Position numbers and translations under genes: made by a program | In this document: positions 13,144 to 22,659 of the stretch, piece by piece | Position numbering within the stretch: the first letter of the stretch is position 1 | Layout of the letters: each line of letters starts with the position of its first letter | The notes under the pieces: generated by a model | Databases searched by the model: none | What the model saw: only the letters and a program-made list of their open reading frames with translations | Told to the model about the DNA's origin: nothing | Source of the DNA: Macrostomum lignano | Taxonomy: Eukaryota | Direction of reading: 5' to 3' | Length of the DNA: 64,000 nt | NCBI GenBank assembly: GCA_002269645.1 | Contig: NIVC01000907.1 | Coordinates: forward strand, 186,001 to 250,000

Positions 13144-16100
13144 TCATCTCGAATCCTCTGATTCAGAAGTCTCCGGTTGGTGCAGATGCTGCAAATGACA
13201 GGCTGACAATGCAGATTCAAGGTTGACAACTGCATCAAAACAAGCAAAAATGATCGAACCATTTCGCTTACCTGCATAGGCACAGATCTTCCCAGCGCAG
13301 AAAAGGCGAGTCTTTCGCAAGTTGTCAGCATTCCATTCTGAAACAGGAGCGGCACAGATGAGCTTTACAAATGGCAGGTGCAACTGAGGCTTTAGCTTCA
13401 GCTTACCCGAGACTTGTACTCTCGAAGGAACTCGTCAAAAAGTCTGCTGGCAGCGATGCAGTCTCTGTGCTTGTGCACCAGGCGGACCAGCAGCTCATCG
13501 TCCTGGCAGTAGTTCAGCGCCATCTGAAGCTCCTGTGTGTCAGGCTCGCTGCTGTTGAGCAGTTCTTCAAACAGAGCAGCACGACTGCTTGGACTGCTCA
13601 AGCCGAACTCCAGCTGCAAAGTCTTCATCAGTGCGTCGAAGTTCACGTAGAAGTAGTTCGTATAGGAGTAAGTTGGAGCTGGGAAAGCTTCACTGATGTG
13701 GCAGGGCAGAAATTCGAAGACCGGCTTTTCGTTAAACTTGAAGCAGAATTTCATGGCAGAGTCGGTGCTTTGAAGGTGATTCCAAATTAGCACTTTTGCT
13801 TCATCAACAGATAGGGGTTGGTCACGTGGACAGTGAATGTCTCGACTGCCACGCTGGAGGCTTACTTCAGCATCCAAGCGCAATGGTAGTCCGAATTTCA
13901 GACACATCAGGGCTCTCAGGCATTCCCTTGTCGTTCTGGCACAATCTGGTAATCTGTTGATCAAATTCTCCACGATATTTTGTGTTTCAGCCTCTATGTC
14001 GGCAGCATCTTCAGCCAGTTCCGCAATCACACGCTTGATGATGGGTAAATTTTGTGACACGGCAGTTTGACTGCTTCGTCCAAATAAGAAGACGTGTCGG
14101 ATGTTGAGATGAGAATTGTGAAAGGGTGAAACCTGATCACGCCGCCCGAGGCTTGGATTCGCAGAATACTTTTGTACTTTGCGAGCAGGTCCGGCAAATC
14201 TGACAGCACACCTGTCACCACGCGACTGATCACCTCTTTATACTGGTGATCGCCGCGCAAGTACACTGCGGCGTCCCGCAGGAAGAAGTGCCTCATGCAC
14301 TCGCTCCTACTCTGCGTCACCGTTCTGAGACCGTCTTGCAACAGCTGTAGTGACCGTCGAACTAGCAGCAGCAAGTTTTCTGGCTTCCAGAGCTCTTTCG
14401 GAGTCTCGTCGAGCATATAGAAAAGCAGGTTTTTAGCATGGTAGGTCTTTATTCCAGTGGCTTGCTTTGCTATCACTTTCTTGATGAGGTACTTTAAGAC
14501 GATAAACAGCTGTCCTTGAACAGTGGAGAGGCGCTGCATCACTGCTCGCTCGAGATGCGTGGTGCTGACGCGCATGCGGCTGCCAGCCATTCCCGGCGGC
14601 GAGGCCGAGACTGCATGGCACTCCGAGTTTTGCAGGCAGCCGCGCAAGGCCTCAAGCATAACGTCTGGCATGCGAGACCGATAGGAGGGCTGCAGCACCT
14701 GCACTGGTGGGTAGTTGCAGCACGGGTGGGCTCGAATCTCATCGATTGCGGGGCACAACGGCGATCCCTCGTTCATTTGATTTGGCCTCGTAACTGAAGT
14801 GATGGTGGGAGTTGTGATGGTGCCAGCTGCTGTAAAACTGTTGTAGTGAATTCGGGCATTTTACTTTTTGCAGCCCCATTCTTTACTGTCTGAGGCTGAG
14901 AATAAATGCCGAGGGTCTCATCCTCATGCTAACAGCTACAACCGGCTTGCTAAGAGTTTGCATGCCTGATTGGTTTGGTTACCGGGCAAGCGTGAGTAGC
15001 TCCTGCTGCTCCCTGATGCTATACTACGGAGGTGGGACGGGAGCTCCTGATTGAGACCCGAGGGCAAGAGCTGTAGCTGGGTGCTTGGGAGCTGAGAGCA
15101 CAAAAAAATCTATCCGTGTATGGAGTTGAAAAGTATGATACTCGTACAATGTAGAGTGGTTGGTGACTTTAGGAGAATTCACTAAGCTCACCATTGATGA
15201 GAAACTCGACATGTCCATTCTCGTAACGAACCGGAGTGCATTCGTTAGGGCAGGTGGTGCTGCTGTCCGAGTCAAGCGAGCTGACAATATGCAGCTTTGT
15301 TCCGGCCAAAATTCTTGTGATGTCGATGTCAGAGTCGTCATCGATCCGACCATCGATTCCCGTCAGACTGCTGCCCCAACCGTCGGCAAAGCTTCCAAAG
15401 ACGAAGAAGTCCCTGCACTCGCACCTCAGTCTGATCAGGTCTTGAAGAACTGCGCCTGAGCCTACCTGTAAAGTGGCTACTGCTTGGTTGAATCCCGCAT
15501 CAGACATGGCGGAGGACAGTATGACTGAGAGTCGCCTGTCCTCTTTCGCCACATCAGTAAATTCGTCGCGGAATTCGATGTCCTGCCGACAGGAACCAGC
15601 AGCTGTCTGACAAGTCTTCGGATTCCAGAAGAGCTCGATGAGGTGAAACTGGCCAAATGCTGCTGCAAAGTGAAGAGGTGACCAGCCATCTTTGTCAACA
15701 AGTTCTACATTGGCCCCTGCTTCAATAAGCTTAGCAACAACATCAGTTGGCCCGCCTTGCAGCATGGCCACATGAAGCGGAGTCCATCCATCGAATTCGC
15801 AAATGTCAATTTGACAGCCGGCCTTGATCAGAACTTCGGCAACTGCGGCTTTGCTCTGCTGGGAAACAATGTGCAAGGCGGACCAACCGATGTTTTCCCT
15901 GAGATCGATTTCTGCCCCAGATTCGATCAGCATCGAGACGACGTCAGCATGGCCGTGATTAGCTGCGAACTGCAAAGGCGAATCGCCTGCGTTCTCTTGC
16001 ATGTCGACGTCTGCACCATTTTCTATCAGCAGCGATACAATGCGATCGTAGCCGTGCTGAGCTGCCATGAAAATTGGCGAATCTCCACTCGAGTCAGGAC

Positions 16101-17135
16101 TGTTGACATCGGCCCCGGCGGAAATTAGGACGGCCACGACTTTGGCGTGACCACTCATCGCTGCACTGTGTAGGGGTGTCGATTGGTTGCCATCTGAGCA
16201 CTGAATATTTGCTCCTGCCCGAATTAGCGCCTTCACCACAGTCACGTGCCCATTCTGCGAGGCGTAGTGGAGAGGAGTCATTTGACGATTGTTGCACGTA
16301 TCAACCGAGCTGTCGCTGGCGATAAGAGCTGCAACGATATTATCAAGTCCATCTTCTGCCGCGACGCCAAGCGCCGACCAGCCAATCGAATCTGTAGCAT
16401 TCGCACTGGCTTGAGCTGCCAGCAGAACCGAAACAAGCTCGGCATTTCCTACCAACACCGCATTTTGCAGTGCCGATATCCCGTCATCGTTTGCAAGATC
16501 GACATCCGTCATGTTGGCTATCAATAAGCTGACTACCGAAGGATTGCCACCCAGAACGGCAGCTTGAAGGATAGTGTTTCCCGCGGAGATGATAGCTCGC
16601 TCCGGCGATTATTGCTTGCCTGACGACGACCAACATTGCTAACCGGAAAACAAACGTCTGTTTGAAAGTTCAAGTCCGCCCCGGCCTGCACTAGAGCCAC
16701 TGCAGCACTAAAATGGCTGTTGAGGGCGGCTGCGAATAGCGACAAGTTTAGTTGCATCTCCGACACAGGGCAGATCTCAGATAGGAGGAGCTGCACCATC
16801 TCGGAATTGCACAGGGCAGCAGCCTCGGTCACTGGGGTCTCACCGGACAATGTTGCGAGGTTTGAATCCGCCTGAGCTGCCACCAGCAAGCGCAGAGCTT
16901 GCAGATGACCTCGGCGGACTGCCAAATGGACGGCCGTTGATCCGTCTGTTGTGGTTGCATCGACATCAGCCATGGCTTCGATCAGGGAGCGAACCGTTTC
17001 AATTTCATTGCGCCACACTGCCGAATGAAGTTGAGTCCATCCGGTAGCTGGGTCTCTCTCTTCTGGACTGTTCTGCTCATGCAGCCACTTGCGAACTGAT
17101 GAAGTCCGAGTCTCTGCATTGACGTCGGATTGCAT
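13144..17135 (-). CDS. Ankyrin-repeat (~14) + Mab-21/cGAS-like (cGLR) nucleotidyltransferase protein with C-terminal extension, ~1,110-1,130 aa; two junctions unresolved
   Basis: Segments: 17135-16656 (4 ANK), ~16599-15192 (10 ANK, then GSFADG...DDDSDIDI), intron 15191-14794 (G|GTGAGC..TTCAG), 14793-13407, 13337-13272 and 13188-13144 (TGA). The Mab-21 C-lobe motifs MRVSTTHLE, IKTYHAKNLLFYMLD..P..W and MRHFFL resemble WRxSFSxxE, SYHLKTxLF and PHYF. The last two donors are strong GTAAGC sites. Frame changes near 16600-16655 and 14030-14130 need weak short introns or indels. Confidence 0.82.
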
Positions 17136-17867
17136 TTTTTCTAAATTTCACCTTAGATAGAGTGAGCAGCTCAAGCAGCAACGTATGCAATGAGCACGGG
17201 ACAACTACTCTATTTATGCTTGAGGCGAGAGAGGACAATAGAAATCATGAACGGCTTCCTCAAGCTACAATATTTTGCGATCTGAGTGGCGTACTTCCAG
17301 TCTGGAATGAGCATTTTATTGTGGTACGCGTTGCCTACACCCTACTCTGATAGTGTACAATTGGCTTGCAACCTCAGTGCAAGCATGCCGTAAACAGTGG
17401 ATCTAAAATTAAGACGCATACATTATTTTTACGAAAAAATTTTCTGTCTTTTTCCTGTGCTAAATGCTTTTCAGCATAATTGGTTGAAGTACGAAGGCCA
17501 TCCAGTTGACTGTTTGCCAGAAATTGCTCGCAGCAATGGAAACATCAGATTGCAGGTTTTGCGTTCGCCACTGCGCAGTTCAGTGACGATCTTGAATGCG
17601 CCTCTTTCTCTCAATATTTCAGCTGGAGTGCAGACTCCAGTGAAGACATGGCGTACCTTTAAGGTTGGGCATGGATACTAGCTCGTAATATTTGACTACT
17701 ATCAAAAGCATTTTACACCCAATCAGTTTTTGAAATTATAAGTTCCCTAGATAATGTACGAGCTACATTTAAAGAACTGCGGGCCTTCATAAGATTTTTT
17801 CCAAGAAACAATCGGCTCACACTCACAAAGTGAAGATTTAGTAGAGGGTGTTGAATACTCAGTTATA

Positions 17868-18320
17868 GGGTCGTTTCACAAACCCTAATTTTCACGCCGA
17901 AACCAGAACCTCTCATAAGACCTATATTCCATAAACCCGAATTTTCACAACATCAAAAATAAGCAATGCAGCAGATTTCACAACACCTAAATTTCACAAG
18001 CCCTAAATTTCATAACAACTAAAAGGTATGCACAGAATTTTACAAGTCCTAAATTTCACAAGCCCTAAATTCACAAGACCTAAATTTCACAAAGCCCTAA
18101 ATTTCACAACGCCTAAAAACACTATGGAGATACAATCTTTCGTCTACAATCCTTCTGTATCTCCATAGTGATTTTAAGCGTTGTGAAATTTATAGTTTAT
18201 GCAGTCTGATGCAAGTTCTGTTTTCGACGTTGTGAAATTTAGAGCTTATGATCAAATTTAGAGCTTATGAAAGTTTGTGTCTTGCGACGTTGTGAAATTT
18301 AGGGTTTGTGAAAGCGACCC
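17868..18320. mobile_element. 453-bp MITE, Mutator-like (9-bp TSD)
   Basis: TIRs GGGTCG(C)TTTCACAAACCCTAA at both ends. The TSD TCAGTTATA is at 17859-17867 and 18321-18329. Subterminal CTAAATTTCACAA motifs are repeated, and there is an internal hairpin ACTATGGAGATACA..TGTATCTCCATAGT at ~18122-18168. Confidence 0.88.
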
Positions 18321-18819
18321 TCAGTTATAATTACCAGTAGCTTAATTGAAGCCTACCGGCATTCGAGTATAAGATCACCTGAAACTTATTAGTAAAATAA
18401 AGCAGAAACAACACTAATGTAATTTGTAAATGTTTGACTAAGTACTGCAGAAACAGTAACAGTAAATATTATTAATAAGAGCTCTAATCAGGTAATCGAT
18501 ACGCAATGCGGTCTATTTATTGTATTAAAAACCGATCTGTTCAAACTGCGCGATAGTGAGATGAAGAATGACAGCAGCTGATCAGTGCGGGATAATGACA
18601 GACTGGGAGACGGTAAAAATTATTTATTTATTGCCTGCCGCAGAGCCGAGATGAAGCACAGTGTCGCAGCTAACAATACGCTAACATATGCAAGCAGATA
18701 TTCATTTCTGTTTAACTTGGTTTCTTGAATCAGCAGCTCGGGTTATTGCTGGAGCAGTTAAGCAAAATTATTGCTGGAAGGATTGCAATTCACTGCAAAT
18801 TGAGTTTGATGAGAGCAGG

Positions 18820-19245
18820 TGAGGCGAGAAATGAGATCTGAAATGATATGGAAGGAAAGGGAAATAAGATGTGAGGAGAGAGATGAGATGAGATGTGAGG
18901 AGATAGATGAGATGTGAAGGGAGATGAGATATAAGAGAGATGAGATGTGAGGAGAGATTGGATGTGGGGAGATGAGATGTGAAGGGAGATGAGATGTGAG
19001 GAGAGAGATTGGATGTGGGGAGAGAGATGAGATGTGAGGAGATAGATGAGATGTGAAGGGAGATAGATGAGATGTGAAGGGAGATGAGATGTGAGGAGAC
19101 AGATGAGATTTGAAGGGAGATGAGATGTAAGGAGACAGATGAGATATGAGGAAGGAGATATGTGAGGGAGATGAGAGGTGAGGAAGCTGAGATGTGAAGG
19201 GAGAGATGAGATGCACAGGGACGGATTGAGATGAGAGGTTTGGAG
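18820..19245. repeat. GA-rich degenerate minisatellite (GAGATGAGATGTGA-type)
   Basis: Direct reading; source of the (SHLIS)-rich minus ORFs. Confidence 0.9.
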
Positions 19246-19882
19246 AGGTCGTATTCAATACAAAGCAAAGCAGCAGCCCAGCGAGACAAAGTGAGCAGCT
19301 ATAATTATCATAAAAGACTTCAAACAAATCTACCGTGATAATCTGTACAACAGAAAACATGAGGCAATAGAGAAAAATTATCGCAGAATAGAAAAATCAA
19401 AACAAAGGCGTGAGAGTTCCGACTGAGGCCATGAGGCCATATTGCAAGCCAAGCCCGAGTGAGCTGGTTAGACAGGAGGATTAAATCCCGCGCGAAGGAG
19501 TTGTGGAGACTCAAAAGGACATGCTCTATCTAGCAAACGCTTGCTTTAAAAGTCTGTAAAAACAAGAGAATAGAGAAAAACTGTTGACTCAGAATACGCT
19601 CGTAAAAAAGCATGAGAAAGTCGCAAAGTCACTTAGGAATTCAGCTTGAGCTACCTGTAATCTGCCCAATTCCAATAAGATAGAAGATTATTTTACAAAA
19701 AAGCAAAATGTAGAACTACGACTGTCGATCGCTGTTATATGAATCCTGAATATCAGGCTTATCAATAGCTTCACAAAAAGATCAAAAGAGATGCCGCTTT
19801 GAGCTCCAATTAGAACTAAACACTGAGTTTCTGATTAGAATCAGAACAGATCAAAAGAAACACCGACAGCCTGGCAGAAAGA

Positions 19883-20668
19883 TCAAAGGCTGCGGCCGCC
19901 AGCAGCCGCACTGGCGCCGCCAATGAGAGCCGCCTGCAGGTCGGCCAGGTGGTCGAGCTCGCGGTCTTCAACAATGCGGAACTTGGCATTGAACAGCAGG
20001 CAGTGCCTGGTCACGGTGTTCAGGTGCGGCACCAGGTCGAGGCGCAGCACAGCGTCGTAATGCGCTGAGTAGATGTGCGCCAGAATGTGCAGCAGGTGGC
20101 GCAGCACGCAGCCAGAGGCGGAGTGCAGGTCGTGCAGGAAGGCCTGGCCGTAGCGGGTGGGGAACTGGCCGAGCAGCTCCTGGCACTGGGCCAGGGCGCT
20201 GTCGATCTGGTTGCGGGCGTTGGCGCGGGCCTGGAGACACCAAACAGAGTTGGAGTTAATTGAAGATTTCATTCATGAGTTGAGCTGCCATGAACCCAGG
20301 TATGATTTAAACACCTGCGGGTCTCTCACCTTCTTTGCTTTCTCCTCAGTAACTCCAAAATTGACGCCTCCAGGGCCAGTAAACCGATCGCAGGTGCAAA
20401 AATCGAACACAGCCTCAAACAGGGTGCCAACATTTTCATACAGGGCAGTCACGTGAGTGGCGATCCATTCGTTCTGCTGGAGCAGCAGTGGCTGGTCGAG
20501 AAGGCTGTCCAGATCTGCACTCAATGAGATCTGCTTGGACGCATACTCAGTCTGGGTGTAGAGTCTGGACTCGTCTGGCCCAGCTGTAGAATTGGAGCCA
20601 GAATTGCCATTAGAAGCAATTGCAGCGCCTCCTGGCTTGCCACGAGCTTTGCCAATGAGCCAGTCCAT
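19883..20668 (-). CDS. MOB2: MOB kinase activator 2, 228 aa, 2 exons
   Basis: Exon 1 20668-20330 (AAG|GTGAGA) and exon 2 20230-19883 (CTCCAG|GCC), phase 0. The start MDWLIGK matches MOB2 MDWLMGK. Other MOB2-like motifs: NEWIATH, FPTRYG, RHLLHILAHIY.AHY, L.PHLNT. Confidence 0.92.
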
Positions 20669-21580
20669 GTTGACTGTTGCGGCTAATTGAACTGCTAGAT
20701 TATTGAGTTACTGCACTTTATAGAGCTATCAAAGCTATGTAGCCATGAACAATATCAATATTGTATCCAATAATATATCCAAGCTGAGTCTAGTATATAT
20801 GACGTTAAAGTAGTTATTACTTTTTTCAAACAATACACAAAAAAGCTTAATTTGAAATTAATAAAACTATTCCACAATAGTTAATATTTTAACAATAGAT
20901 ATTAGAGTTCCATTATAGCTATAGATATAGCTAAAAGAAACTAGTCTATTGGATATGACAAATTTTAGATAAAATATATAAATGCTTAAAGGTTATAGGA
21001 AAATATAGTTCCATATCTGATAATATTAGCAAAAATAATAAATAACTAAGATCCTTGAAGCCCTTTATTTAATAAGCAGGAGAGTAGAAATGAATGAATG
21101 CTACTAGTTTTAAACCTTTATAATTTTATAGGAGCTTTTAATTATTTAGGGTCAAGGTCAAATATTTAATTAACAATTTTCTATATATTTAATATTTATC
21201 CTATACTAGACAAATAAAAGCAATATTGTTTTCCCATATTAGATGAATAGTCAACATTATCTTTTCTTTTTAATAGACTGCACCTATGCAATATAAATTA
21301 TACAATATTGTACAATATACAATTATACAATATAATGTGACTTGACTATGTATTCATATTTATATTGTCAGAATGTCAGTTTGGACCATTTTGCTTTTAT
21401 CTATATAGGCTCACATGAAGCTAAGAGACAATACCAGTTTTAAAGCCTGTTGTGTGACAAGCTAAAATATAAAAGAACCTTAAGAGGTCTGGAGTGAAGG
21501 AAGTACACAATTATTTTGGAGCACCACTTGACAACTTGTGCAGCTTAGGCTAGGGCCTATTTTAAATTCAAGACATAACA

Positions 21581-22330
21581 ATGGCATTGTTGTCTTGAGA
21601 GAACCTGTAAGAGCTTCCCTAGATAGAAGAAAAATTTGAGGCCTTGATCAAGTGGTTTGAAACCATCTGCAAGAGATCTAGCGTGAAGGATGAGAAAAGG
21701 GAAAGGTTTTCATCTAAGACCAACTTTTTTATAAGCCTTATGGAGGAAACTGCCTACAACAAGCTGCAGAATCTAGTCACTCTGGCAAAGCCAGAGAAAA
21801 AGACCTTCAAAGAATTGAAGGATGAAATTGAGAAGCATGTTGTGCCACAGAAGAAACTGGTTATAGCTGAACACTACAAGTTTAACTTATTAAAGCAAGA
21901 TGAATATGAGTCAATGGCAGATTTTGAGAATAGGTTATGTGCCCAAGCAGACCAATGTCAATGATGTCAATTTGGAGATTTCCTACAAGAAGCTTTGAGA
22001 CAGATTCATGGCAGGACTGCGCAGTGAGTCTGTGGTGAAAAGCTGCTTATCAAAGACCCACTGACCCTGGAGGCTGGAGCTGGCAGTGGAGACTGCCACA
22101 GTGCAAGAGCAAGTAAGCAAGAGTGCCTTAAGCACTAATGGAAAGGTGGAAACAGTCAGTGCAACTAAGGGCAGAGTACGACAACAAAACAGGGCCCAAG
22201 CTCAGGGATGCACATTCAGTAAGGCTTGCAATTTCTGTATAAAGAGGCACCCGCCAAAGGCATGCCTTGCGTATGGAGCAAAATGTTGAAAAAGTGGGAA
22301 AATTAATCATTTTGAAGCTGCATGTAAGCT
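21581..22330 (+). pseudogene. Decayed Ty3/Gypsy-type gag fragment with two zinc knuckles
   Basis: Gag-like text (..KTFKEL..IEKH..P.KKLVIAEHYKF..Q...ES..DF..RL...A..C.FG..L...L.D.F..GL.S) with stops and frameshifts. It is followed by CNFCIKRHPPKAC and C*KSGKINHFEAAC. No pol or LTRs were found. Confidence 0.75.
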
Positions 22331-22659
22331 GTAAATCTGCTAGCGGACATTTTCTAAACAAAATCAAAATCTGCTAGAGCTAGGCCTAGCAGTAGCAGGA
22401 CTAAATAATTATCACGAGAGTCATCAGTCATGATCATTGATCAAAATGTAGCTTCTTAGCAAAGCTCATAGAAATATTATGAATAGGATGATCTATTCGT
22501 TGCAAATACTGTATAACAAACAGTGTTTCATCGTTCAGGATTGGGCAGTCAGTGTTCCATTGACCATTTTATTTAGGAGACCAAGAAATTATTATGAACC
22601 TTATGAACCCTTAAGGTTCATTATGAAGGTCATTATAAGGTTATTATGAACCCTCCAAA

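Noticed and set aside
14030-14065. Programmed -1 ribosomal frameshift in the cGLR gene
   Set aside because: The A AAT TTA heptamer is phased to the downstream frame, not the incoming frame, so it cannot produce the required shift.
13144-17135. Bacterial CBASS/CD-NTase operon or horizontal transfer
   Set aside because: The gene has spliceosomal introns and a metazoan Mab-21 C-lobe, with no operon-like effector neighbours.
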